This document shows positions 12,001 through 24,224 of a stretch of 64,000 bases of DNA, in pieces. A program made the translations under genes and the position numbers. The stretch covers positions 7,038,389 through 7,102,388 of the forward strand of contig CM121343.1 in NCBI GenBank assembly GCA_051530055.1, written 5' to 3'. Source of the stretch: Neoechinorhynchus agilis (taxonomy: Eukaryota > Animalia > Acanthocephala). Each line of letters opens with the position of its first letter. Positions within the stretch are counted from its first letter, which is position 1. The notes under the pieces were generated by a model that saw only the letters and a program-made list of their open reading frames with translations, was not told the DNA's origin and did no database searches.

Positions 12001-15000
12001 GAATTTGCCGACATGGATTCCCGAATCGAATAAGATTTCAGGAATTTAGACAAAGGTAGTAAGGGAATAATTGTTTAAATTTCGACAACTTTATCAAGTA
12101 CGTTAGATACGAGATATTATGTTCTAGTGTTATCCCAAAAGGATTTACGGACGGTAAAATGGCTTGCAAGCGAATGGTGTGTACTCGTAAGGAAACGATA
12201 AATAATTTTATCCTTTCAATTTTAGTTAGAAGAGCTAGATCTAGATGACAACCTATTCAGAATTGGCATGAGCAAGATATTTTTCCGAGCCGGCGTTCTG
12301 GCACACTTGGAAGAAGAGCGTGACAGAAAAATTAGCGAAATCATAATCCAATTGCAAACATTAGCCAGAGGCGCTTTATCCCGGAGGAGATATATGAAGA
12401 GGCTGCAGCAAGTTACTGCAATTCATGTCATACAAAGAAACGGGAGAGTCCTTCTAAAAATTCGTAACTGGCAGTGGTGGCGACTTCTATCGAAAGTTAA
12501 ACCAATTTTACCTGTAACGAGAATCGATGATGAAATAAGAGAAAAGGAGAAAGAGCTGTCTTGTGCGACGCAAGCACTTGAACAGTTTCAGCATCAGCTC
12601 GCTGATGCGGAAACTAGACTAGATGATTTAATTGCTGAAAAAAGCAATTTAGTTGAGCAGCTAAACCAGGAACGAGAACTAAATAACGATCTTGAGGAGA
12701 GTAGAAACAGACTGCAACAGCGAAAAATGGAATTAGAAAACCTAATTGAGGATTTGGAAGTAAGGGTAGAGGAAGAGAGTAACAAGGCTCAAGGATGGGT
12801 TGATGAGAAAGTTGGGTTTGAAAAGAATTTAAGGGAACTGACAAATTCACTTGGAGTCGAAGAAAAGCGAAGGCAGAAGCTTGAACTTGAATTAATTTCT
12901 AAAAACGATCAAATTCAAACAGATTTGCAAAAGTTTCAAGAACAAGAGGAAAAAATGATAAAATTATCTAGGGACAAGGACGCAATTGCAAGAAATTTAA
13001 AAGAGTTAGAAGCAGATTATAAAAACGAGAAGAACCGTTGTAAGGATATGGAAAAGAACCGATTAAATGCCGAAGATATGAATAACGAATTAACTGCTAA
13101 ACTGAATGGATTGGTTCAAGCAAAGAATGCTACCGAGAAGACATTACACGGTCTAGAATCCCGGAAAGATGAACTCGAGCACGAAATCAAGGAGAGAAAC
13201 AACGAGATTTTAAGCTTAAAAGATCAGCTTAGCAGCAAGTCTCTTGACCTCAAAGCCGTCTATGCTAAGCTTGAGAATGAAAGCGACGAAAAGAGCAATG
13301 CTGTAAGGGAGTTAAGAGAAGCGCGCATGCAATTGTCAGATTTAAAAGACGAAATTTCTGCTGGAAAAGATTTTCAGCGTAAGATTGAGCATCAAATGAA
13401 GGATTTGGCAGAAGAGAATGAGGCACTGCGGAACGAAATCGCCAATCACTCTGATGTGAATGCTTTGATGCAGGAGCAGAATAGGAAGAGAGATAAGGAA
13501 TTATCTGATTTAAAACAGAGACTGTTTTCGGAGCAAAATGATCACCAGAAAACTATTCAAGAATTGAAAATCAAGCACGCCAATGAATCTAAGGCACTTA
13601 ATGACCACCTTGATAACTATAAAAAAGAATGCCAAGCTATTGGAAGAGATAAAGCATCAATGGAGGTGGAAGTGAGACAAATAAATGATCAACTAAGAGA
13701 CGCTAAACGTCTACGAAGTGAACTCGAAACCAAGCTAAAGCAGTCAGAGAATCGAGTTTCGGACCAGATGGATCAGTTGAATAAGCTACAGGACGAAAAA
13801 TTTGTGATGTCTAATTTGTTAAAACAGGCATCTCAGGGGTCAGAATCGCAAAAGTCACAAATCGCACAGTTGGAAGCAAGAATTGCGGAGCTGGAAGCTG
13901 CGCTGAAACTCGCCCGGCTTGATGTTCTTGACCTACAGCAAAACTTGGAGCACGAGAGGAAGGATAAATGCATTCTGCAAGTAAAATTGAAACAGTACGA
14001 GAATGAGGTAGCTAGTTTGATGGATCAATTGGACGAAAAAAATGACGAGCTGACCGATGCGGAATCAAGAATTAATTCAATTATTTCTAGTGTATGTATT
14101 ATATGCACAGCGAAAATTTTAAATTGAATTTTAGTTCAACGAAGAGAAGGAGCAAATGAAAATAAACCATGAGAACGAACTCGACGAGCTCAAGAGGATT
14201 TTCAACCGGGAAAAGGACTCGCTCCTTGCAGATTTAGATCAAGTCAAAACAGCTTTGGCTAAATTGAGTGAAAGCAAAAAGAAGCTTAGAAATGAGGCAG
14301 GCTAAAACGCAGTTCTCCAATTTTTTTTATTGCGTCCAATTTACTTTAGTTCGGTGATGTATGTGTTGAACGTGATCGATACAAGAATACATTGGCTGGA
14401 TTAGAGAAAGCCCAACGAAATATCGATCGTAAATTGAACGAAGAAAAAGCCCTTCAAGAAAAGCTGCATGAAGAATTGGAAGCCAGTGAAAGCAATAACC
14501 GGGATAAAGAAACAAAGCTCATAAATGCTCAATACGAGCTGGCAAACAAGGACGATATGCTGAAAGATGCAAACAATCGATTGAAAGAACTTAAATCAGA
14601 GTTAGATGTCGCATTGCATGGAAAGGACGATGTTGGTCGCAATGCGTGCGAGCTTGAACGGGCAAATCGTATGCTCGAGCATGCTTTGGACGATCAAAAG
14701 AAGCGAGTGATTGAGCTTGAAGATGAGTTGTCATTGTCTGATACAGCGAGATTGCGGTGTGAGGTGAATATGAACGCATTGAAGCAAAGCATGGAGAAAC
14801 AAATACAGGAATGTATTAATGCAGGCGATGAGAAAAATAGAGCACTATCTAAGCAGCTTCGCGATGTTGAAACGGAATTGGACGAAGAAAAGAAGGCTCG
14901 AGGGACGTTAGTGGGTACAAATAAGAAGTTGAGAGACGAGATTCGAGATGCAAATGCCAGGATTGATGACTACAATCGCCAGAGAAACGATGACCAACGT

Positions 15001-16128
15001 CAGATAAGGAAGCTAACGGTCACAATTAAAGAGATAACGAAACAGTTTGAAGAAGCCAAATTAAATCAAGATCAGGCGTATACGGCAGGTAAGGATCTTG
15101 AACGAAGAATTTTAGGGTTGGAACAAATATTACACGAGACGCAAGTCGCTAAGGAAGATGTTGAAAAGCAATTTAGATTGTGTATGGCAGATTTGGCTGA
15201 AGTGCGGCAAGAGTTGGAAGACGCAAAAGACGGGTTTGACCGGAAATCATCTCTTAACGAAATAATGAAGTTAAAAGCACAGATCATGGAACTGGAAGAT
15301 GATCTGGCCGATGAGACAGCTGATCGAGATTTACTTACAGATCAAGTCAAAAAGCTTTCGACTAACTTGGAGCAACTTAACAGTGAACTAACAGACGAAC
15401 GAAACGCTCTATCAAAAGCTGAGAGCGCCCGGGCTACGCTCGAGAGGCAGAATAATGATCTTTATCAGCGATACTCTGAACTGGAACAGCAAGTTAAAAT
15501 TAAAGGAAAAGGAGCAGTAACAATGTTGGAATCTCGGATTACGGTCCTCGAGGAGCAACTGGATAACGAACAAAAGTAAGAACAGTTTCCCATAATCGTT
15601 TTGATGAGTTTCAATTGCAGGGAGAAACAAAAAGGTGCGAGACTTATCAGGTCATTAGAGAAAAAGCTTCGTGAATCCAATGTGCTAAACGATGAGAACA
15701 AAAAGGCCGTCAGCGAGTTTAAAGAGCAGATTGAAAAGACCAACGCAAAAATCAGGCATCTGAAGCGTCAAAGTGATGAACGTGACGAAGAGATATCAAA
15801 ACTGAGTAACCGATTGAGAAAGGCTCAACGAGAAAAAGAAGAAGCTAACGAGATGATAGCACTTCGTGATCAACGAATCGGTCACTTAGAATCGAGGTAA
15901 GCCAAGTCAATTTCTGATTTCCGGCTTTACTAACAATTGATGTTTTTTTTCAAAAATAGGGCTTACGTGCCGGTAATGAGGACTTTTAAACGGATTATCA
16001 GGACTTCTAATGATGCGGCATCCTATATTGAGGATGACATTGATGAGGACTTAAGTGAGGATGATCGCACACAAGCGACGAGTATTAGCAGTGCTGCAAC
16101 AACTGATCGAGCAAAAAGCAAATCATAA
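9037..16128 (+). CDS. MYH9: Non-muscle (smooth-type) myosin II heavy chain, multi-exon
   Basis: SH3-like N-domain, [19 protein letters not shown]-loop [40 protein letters not shown] region WQWWRL and a long coiled-coil tail. Many short introns; start codon uncertain (8944 or 9037). Co-orthologous to MYH9/10/11. Confidence 0.96.
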
Positions 16129-16289
16129 AAAATAAAATTTAGTACTATGTTTTAATACTCTTGAGGCACAGAAAATCGAGCGATTCTTTAACACATATCG
16201 TCGACATACAGTGCATAATTTTCAGAAAACTACCTTTAAACTGATTCACAATAAAGAAATTCTTTGAAGAGCATATGAATGCATGTTAT

Positions 16290-18800
16290 GGCGCTTATAA
16301 TTTAATTTCGATTTTATCGTAGACCGATAGGAGACAGTTAAAAAAATATAATCGGAGTAGAGACATAGACGGACGTTTGAGATTCAACTTTATTCTCAAT
16401 GGGGAATTGTTACACACTCGAGCTTTATTATTGAACTGTCCATTGCGAATTTTCAAGGTCTCCTTCTCAAGCATCTAAAAACGGTTGGTAGCCTTGACTC
16501 GGGTGCGCGGGAAATTCGCCATTAAGAATACACATCCACTCGAAGGAACAAATAAATAGAATTCAGCTTTATGTTTAACTCAAACTACTAGATGGCTTAA
16601 AAGACGCACCAAAAGATTCAAGGGTAAATGGACGCTCGTAGCTTGAGATTCAACTTTGAGCTTGGCTTAAAACAATCGGATAAGGCTAAAAAGAAGCAAC
16701 AAAAGATTTGCGCTTTTAAAACACCATTAACTCACTGAAATTCTATGCTTAATAAATAAAAACAAGTAGTAGTTTGCAAATAAACATGCGCTTTGTTTCC
16801 GCTTGCAAGATATAACGATTGAACGCTCTTTATTCTGAATGGTAGAATAAGAAAGCTGAGTGAACAAACCTGGATTTGAACTTCGATAATGTTAATTGTA
16901 GAAAGGTCATTATTTTGGTTAATCAGGAGAAGTGATTTTTTTGAAGAGAGACCAATTATAGAGATTCTATCAATAGGACGATCTACGGGAAAATTCACAA
17001 TTTTTTTTCGTTTCTATAAGCCTTGACAAATCCAAGATGCTATTTCAACCGAGTTTAACAATCCGAAGTGCCAATGTTTCATTAAATCACGTTTTACTCA
17101 ATTCTGAGATTTAGAATGGGAAAAGCAGCGTGAATCACTGCTCAACTCTTCAGGCGCATGTCTCAATTTTAGATAATTTAATTTGACAAATACGACCTGG
17201 AGTTTATTTGCCTTCTAGCTTTCGCCGATTTACGGCTTCAACTAGGCAATTGTTAAAGTGTTTTATTCGCATGGGAAAGAGTTTAAAAAATGAACCAAGA
17301 ATCTTTTCGGCTCAAACGTACTTTTCCGAGCTATTTTTCGACATAAAAGCAATTTTAAGCACGAATGGAATTCAATGGAAAATAAAGTTTTAAGAAGTTC
17401 GTCTTCTCTCGTTGGAATAATTCTCTTTATTGTTTGAGGTCAACACTAAGCTCCGTTTAACATCGTACGTCTTAAAGAAAAACTATTCTAGGGAAATTTA
17501 CATCAATTGTGAAACTGGAAACGTTTGAATATATTTGAACATATTATATTAGATCGAAATATTTCGAAAGGAAGTCTCATCAGTCATCTGAAAAGATTTT
17601 TCCTTTCTTTTGGTAGTTTTGTCTCCGACATTTTCTCAAGGGAATCATCCGGCGTGAAATATCGGGGAAATAAATGTGTTAATATAAATCCGGAGCTGCA
17701 AAACTACTAAAAGAAAGTCTCTTTCCCCCCGATCATGATAAAAAGATTTGTTTTCTATCAATTTTTTTGTTTTCGAAAATGGACAATTGGAAAGGTTGTT
17801 GTAATGACCAAAAAGAGAATCTTAATGATTACACCGTCCTCTTCCAAGTGTCCATTTTCGATAACAAGACTTGATTCTAAATCACGCGGATGGGAAACCA
17901 AGTAATTTTTTATAAGAGCAGTTGGTATTGGTAATCAATATCCAATTAATAGATAAATCTCCCAAAATTCCGAACTTGACGATTGGTAATCTTCAAATTT
18001 GTTACACTTTGAAAAAAATCAAAACGATTTAGCACTTCACATTCCTTGCCGCACTGAACTTTAAAGATCGATTTCCATTTAGACGATTGATATCATCCAG
18101 CTTATTGATACTTTTTTATTATTAGTTGTATTGAAGTAAAATAATTTCTACCCTTTTTTGGAGATAAAATTTGCAAAAATCATTATAATTTCATCGTTCG
18201 CGATGTAATTTTAAATTAATAATTTAAGCAAAAACATAATAAACCAACATTTAAAGCATTTTATTTCATGTAACATTGAAAAAACGTTTTAATCACTCCT
18301 GAAAAAGCTGTAAGACGGCGAAAGCTCGAAAATAAAGATTTAATCATTTGAAAATCAGTTAGTATTCCACAAGGTTGTTTTGGAATGTATTTTGATCGGG
18401 TACATGAAATCGCCATTCCCAAGGTCGAGAGGACCCAAGCCATTCAAAAGAACTTTTCAGATTTCAAATGTTTTATCCATTGACCACACCAAATCCCAAT
18501 TTTATCACCGGAAGGATTTTCTGTCTGTGATACAAGAAACAGCCAGAATTCCGATTAAAACCATAAGCAGGATTAAACTTCTACCTCTGGAAGAAAACAC
18601 GATTTTCCAGGTCGGATTCAATGGTAATCCGTTGTTCAAATGCTTTTAAAAGATATTTTCTATAAGATTGGATCATCGCTCGAAATTTCGGTGTATTTGT
18701 AAATCTCAGTGTTCAATTTAGCGTTTTTATTTTTCGATACTTTATAGTGTTCGTAATATGAACTAATTTGTGCCATTATCGTGGTTTGCCGAAACATCGG
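16290..18800 (-). CDS. Possible unidentified spliced gene or pseudogene
   Basis: Exon-like open stretches bounded by GT..AG segments of local intron size (e.g. TIKRIIPTREDELLKTLFSIEF, NSPLRIKLNLKRPSMSLLRLYFFNC); no consistent gene model or family recognised. Confidence 0.3.
17603..17717. mobile_element. MITE family J copy
   Basis: 19-bp TIR CTTTCTTTTGGTAGTTTTG / CAAAACTACTAAAAGAAAG; interior similar to 48164-48801. Confidence 0.65.
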
Positions 18801-18829
18801 ATTCAACAAAAATTAGTATATAAAAACCT

Positions 18830-20420
18830 GAACAATTCAATTTTCAAACGTATTTCGGGAGACTTTTTTTATTGCGAATTATAATAATTTATTTGATAAT
18901 TTTCGGCCTTCTTGCTCTAATTTTTTTTCGAAAACAATGGACTGAAGAAGGCCTTCTTCAAATAAAAATAAATCAATTATTTGATAATTCCCTATAAAAA
19001 AAGTTAAAATGGTGAACATCCTTACAATATTTCAGGAGACTTTTTATAGCGAATTATAATAATTTATTTGATAAATTTCTGCCTTCTTGCTCTAATTTTT
19101 CTTCGAAAACAATGGACTGAAGAAGGCCTTCTTCAAATAAAAATAAATCAATTATTTGATAATTCCCTATAAAAAAAGTTAAAATGGTGAGCATCTTTAC
19201 AATATTTCAGGAGACTTTTTATAGCGAATTATAATAATTTATTTGATAATTTTCGGCCTTCTTGCTCTAATTTTTCTTCGAAAACAATGGACTGAAGAAG
19301 GCCTTCTTCAAATAAAAATAAATCAATTATTTGATAATTCCCTATAAAAAAAGTTAAAATGGTGAGCATCTTTACAATATTTCAGGAGACTTTTTATAGC
19401 GAATTATAATAATTTATTTGATAATTTTCGGCCTTCTTGCTCTAATTTTTCTTCGAAAACAATGGACTGAAGAAGGCCTTCTTCAAATAAAAATAAATCA
19501 ATTATTTGATAATTCCCTATAAAAAAAGTTAAAATGGTGAGCATCTTTACAATATTTCAGGAGACTTTTTATAGCGAATTATAATAATTTATTTGATAAT
19601 TTTCGGCCTTCTTGCTCTAATTTTTCTTCGAAAACAATGGACTGAAGAAGGCCTTCTTCAAATAAAAATAAATCAATTATTTGATAATTCCCTATAAAAA
19701 AAGTTAAAATGGTGAGCATCTTTACAATATTTCAGGAGACTTTTTATAGCGAATTATAATAATTTATTTGATAATTTTCGGCCTTCTTGCTCTAATTTTT
19801 CTTCGAAAACAATGGACTGAAGAAGGCCTTCTTCAAATAAAAATAAATCAATTATTTGATAATTCCCTATAAAAAAAGTTAAAATGGTGAACGTCTTTAC
19901 AATTTTTCAGGAGACTTTTTTATAGCGAATTATAATAATTTATTTGATAATTTTCGGCCTTCTTGCTCGAATTTTTCTTCGAAAACAATGGACTGAAGAA
20001 GGCCTACCACAACCACGAAGGCCTTCTTCAAATAAAAATAAATCAATTATTTGATAATTCCCTATAAAAAAAGTTAAAATGATGAACATCTTTACAATAT
20101 TTCGGGAGACTTTTTTATAGCGAATTATAATAATTTATTTGATAATTTTCGGCCTTCTTGCTCGAATTTTTCTTCGAAAACAATGGACTGAAGAAGGCCT
20201 ACGCGAAGGCCTTCTTCAAATAAAAATAAATCAATTATTTGATAATTCCCTATAAAAATAGTTTAGAATGATGAGCATCTTTATGAGAAATCATTACATT
20301 TACTTCTTTTTTTATAGCGAATTATCAAATAATTGATTTATTTGAAGAAGGCCTACGCGAAGGCCTTCTTCAAATAAAAATAAACCCAATTATTTGATAA
20401 TTCGCCATAAAAAAGTTAAT
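18830..20420. repeat. Satellite D, 175 bp monomer, about 9 copies, each with an 18-bp perfect palindrome
   Basis: GGAGACTTTT anchor at 19035, 19210, 19385, 19560, 19735 and 19910 (175-bp period); TGAAGAAGGCCTTCTTCA palindrome in each unit. Confidence 0.96.
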
Positions 20421-20541
20421 GATGAGTGGCTTTACAATATTTTTGGGAGTGTTAATCAAAACGCAAAGATTGGGGAATTCTGTCTGGAAATCGGGAAGAT
20501 TGAAATCTTCTATTTTAGACATATCACTATATTAATTCAAA

Positions 20542-23500
20542 ATGCCAATCAATCGTAGTGGTTTGATCGATGTCGAATGTGAAGTAACTTATCTCAATTG
20601 CTTCATTCGTCGCTTGAATTTCGAATAGACCAGGACAATGTGTTCACAATTTCCGAGTTCCGATAATGTCTTGAGTTTCTTCGTTGGAACACACTCAGTC
20701 AGTCTACCGAATCAAGTCAGTTTCATTTGAATTGAAAACGGCCAGCCACGCACAAAAACCGCTTAGGTTATGTTGATTGTGTTCAAAAAAGATACCGGAT
20801 CGGTCTCTATTATTCGCTATCCACATGAAGGCGAAATTAAACACATCACTGCTCATCCAACTGATTCTTACTTGATTTCAACTGTTTCTTCGCTCATAAG
20901 TAGGCTAAAATTCATCTTACTAAATTATCATTTCAATTTTCGATTTTTAGCCAATGGAACCCAGTCGCGTCCGTGCCGTATTTGGAGAACAAACGACTCA
21001 AAATCATTGCAAATTCAATCTACTTTTCCACATCAGAATTGCTTAAGGTACTATTTTTAATTGATAAATATGCGACCGAAACTTTGTCAGGATTCTTATA
21101 ATCGCATATTTCGATTTTAAACCACTAGTTAAAATTTTATTCTTTTTTAAACCTTCAAGTAGCCGTTCCACTTAGCTAAACGCTCCGTTCAACATCTCGT
21201 GGTGCCAAAATCTTACAAACAATCAAAACGTCCATCTACCCTATTACCACAAGTTTATCACCAATTCATTTCACTGCCCAATCCTTTCGGATATCATGAT
21301 CCGAATTGTACCAACCCAATCTCGCGTAATCCCAATGACTCGTAATCTCAATCTCTCGTAATCAAAATTCATTTCATCCTTCCCAAAACTTCGCACCTCC
21401 CTCCAATCCTTTTTCCATACTGGCCAACCTTCTCGGATATCATAGCCCGAAATGAACCGGAGGAAAGACCGAAGCTCTCCTGCGCACAATAACCGCAAAT
21501 CCCGAACAAACCTTTTAAACCGACCGAACCATAATCTACACCAAAATCAACAACCGCATTCATTGAACATATTTGAACCCGAGTTTTTATGAGCACCCAA
21601 AGAAACATTGGTCCTTTTCTTTGTTAACTAACAAATAAACGTGTTATTATTATAAAAATTTCTTAACATTTGTTTTTGTTTGCTCAAAATGATAATTATT
21701 TTATTCCTTCGAATTCCACGATAAGACACTTAAATGTAGAATGTTAGATTTAATGCTATTGAGAGAAAATCCATCGGGATGGAAACTTTTTGACTTATGG
21801 TGAAGATAATTACGGTTGAAGGGTTTACGAGCGGGCTCAGGGTCCCAGGACCTTGTTGGAAGTAGCTAATTAGACAAGACACTGAAAACAACCATAACCA
21901 AAACCTTAAGCGAGGTTTAGTCTTTCGAAATATTTCCTAATAATAAAATGATTTTTATCCGGGTGATTATCTTCACCACAAGTCAAAATGTTAGATTTAT
22001 ATCATCGCACCTCCTTCTAACAATGGTAAATAAAATAGACATAACAAAAAATTCAATTTTTTTATCATAGTAGACCTGATAATATTTTTTTGGACAATTC
22101 TACATCCCAAAAGTGGACAAACGACTTTGGGTTTCTTTGAAAAGATCAACAATCCCTCAAATGCTATTTATTTGTTTGTAGCGCTAACGGCTGACTATGT
22201 CAATAATGGACATTGCAAGTCCTTAGAATGATTTCCTACCTTGCAAAGTTTTCTCTTAGGTCAAGAAATAATCAAATTGGGCGGGACATCACAAACCTCC
22301 TTTCGATTAAATTTTGGTGGCAAGTTAACGTTTTGCGCGCAAGACCGTTGGGTTTTTAATGAAAACCATTTCGAATATTTAATGGCGAAACTAATTTTTG
22401 ATAGGTTGGATTATCGCGTGATTGCAAAAGAACGTACTTTTATAATTTTTACAAATCTGAAAAAATGAACTATGTTCGCTTTGAATCATTTGCACGGGAG
22501 TAAAATTCAGCAAGATTATTTGGTGATTTTTAAATGGTTTTGACACTGCTTCATAGATGTAAACGCAAGCCTCGTTCTAGCTGCAATTTTGAATTTAATA
22601 ATCTTGCCGACTAATTTAAAAAAATTATGATTCATTTTATGAGAAATCGTTTCTTACACTTATTCGCCGGGCTCGCGTTATAAAAGTTCCGATGGGGACC
22701 GAGGAACATCTTTACCTTCCATTGCATCGAGGATGCATCCAGCATTCCCTTTCTGATTCTCGGATAAAAATAGTTGGTTGTCCTAAGGTCCTTTGTTGTT
22801 GTTGTTGTTGTTGTTGCGAATAACCATTTTTAGAAACATTGGTTAAAAATTCTGTAGTGCTTGGTCCGACGGCATCAATTGCAGCAATGGTGAGAGGTTT
22901 TTAAAATATAGGGCGACGGATCGATACATTCGTATATTATTATATTTCAATACCAGCGATTAAATAATAGTTTACACTGATTAAAAATTTCCTATAGAAG
23001 AGTTGTATGAGCTAGAAGCAATGAACCCGGCATGCCTTAGCTTCGATCAAAATTGTTGATATTTTATAAAGGTAGCATTAAATTCTTATTTTTGCTCCAT
23101 AATCGACCTCCCCACATTGGTCTAAATCACCTATTGCTCAAATTAAAATACTTGAGAAATAAACACGTGATTAAAGTGTGAAGATTTACAACTTATTTTG
23201 ATTTTACGTTCATTTAGAAGTTCGAATTTGAATTGATAGAGTGCTCAGAATACTTTAACATCAGATGTTCATATTTTTTTATAGTTTTCGTCTATTTAAG
23301 GTAACACCGAATTGTGGAGTTTGTGATTATTTGAAAGAAAGGAAGTCGTTGAAGGGGACTTCGGAATTATCCAGAATTGTAGGTGTCGATGTACTATATA
23401 TCTTGAATTCACATTTGAATGGAATTTAATTTCAAACTCTTAACATTAGCCTCTGCTGTAAATTTTAGTCTTGAATTCGACTCCAGCGGGCGATCGAATG

Positions 23501-24211
23501 CTTTTGTAACGTGCTCTAACGGCGCTTACTTGTGGGATATTGACAATGAAGATGTTAAAATGCAAATCACATGCGAAGGAATCTTATGTGGTCAATGGAC
23601 TGCTTCTGGAAATATCGTTGCTTTAAATCAACGTGGGTTGATGAGAATATTTGATTCTCGAATAGGATCTGAAATGCACTGTATAAAGTTAGAAAACAAT
23701 TCAGAGATTAGATGTATGGATTTTAGTAACGTGAATGATTATAAAATGCTTAGTTGTGGCGATGACTGTACGTTTTGGAGCTTGTTGATTTCCTGAAGAC
23801 GTTAAGAATCGACATTCTCTGAAGTAAGGAGCGGTTATGGGATTTAAGGATGTTCAAGTGTTTAAAAACGTATTGTGCTCATAGTCACTGGTAAGGCACT
23901 ACTTTGCGTAGAATGAAACGATTTCATATCATAAAAGGGTTTTTTGTGCCAAATTTAATCATAATTATGACCGATATTTTATTAGTGGAAGTAGCGATTC
24001 CACTGTTGTTTTGTATGATACTCATTCACATGATCTGTCTGCCGATAATGTTGTGAAGATCTATGATGACCACGAAGAGAGTGTATACGGCGTGGATTGG
24101 TCGAAAAACGATTCATGGAACTTTGCCTCATTGAGTTATGACGGGAAAGTGAGCATAAACACAATGCCGAATAAGGAGAGACACGATACGTTGTTAGCAG
24201 ACTACGAGTGA
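20542..24211 (+). CDS. EIPR1: EARP/GARP complex-interacting WD40 protein (TSSC1)
   Basis: FFVGTHSV..NQV, HEGEIKHI, SCGDDC..RLWDLR..HSHWVFCAKFNHNYD, DHEESVYGVDWS..WNFASLSYDGKV match TSSC1/EIPR1; one 2.4-kb intron at about 21048-23468. Confidence 0.9.
21200..21645 (+). mobile_element. Degenerate 3' end of the APE-type LINE family (intronic)
   Basis: TTCTCGGATATCAT 3'UTR motif and terminal ATGAGCACCCAAAG..TGGTCCTTTTCTTTG resemble the ends at 42595 and 54310. Confidence 0.5.
21788..21988. mobile_element. MITE family F copy
   Basis: 23-bp TIR TTTTGACTTATGGTGAAGATAAT / ATTATCTTCACCACAAGTCAAAA (1 mismatch); subterminal sequence shared with 8206-8364. Confidence 0.75.
22695..22885 (+). repeat. Dispersed repeat H (second copy 40380-40540), with a (GTT)7 tract
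   Basis: GAGGAACATCTTTA..TGCATCGAGGATGCATCCAGCATTCCCTTTCTGATTCTCGGATAAAAATAGTTGG nearly identical in both copies. Confidence 0.85.
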
Positions 24212-24224
24212 AATATTAAATTCT

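Noticed and set aside
9129-15743. Minus-strand ORFs inside the myosin gene
   Set aside because: Antisense shadows of the coiled-coil exons
17590-17720. Polinton DNA polymerase-like peptide DDSLEKMSETKLP on the minus strand
   Set aside because: The same bases form a TIR-bounded family J MITE, and no other polB motifs are nearby
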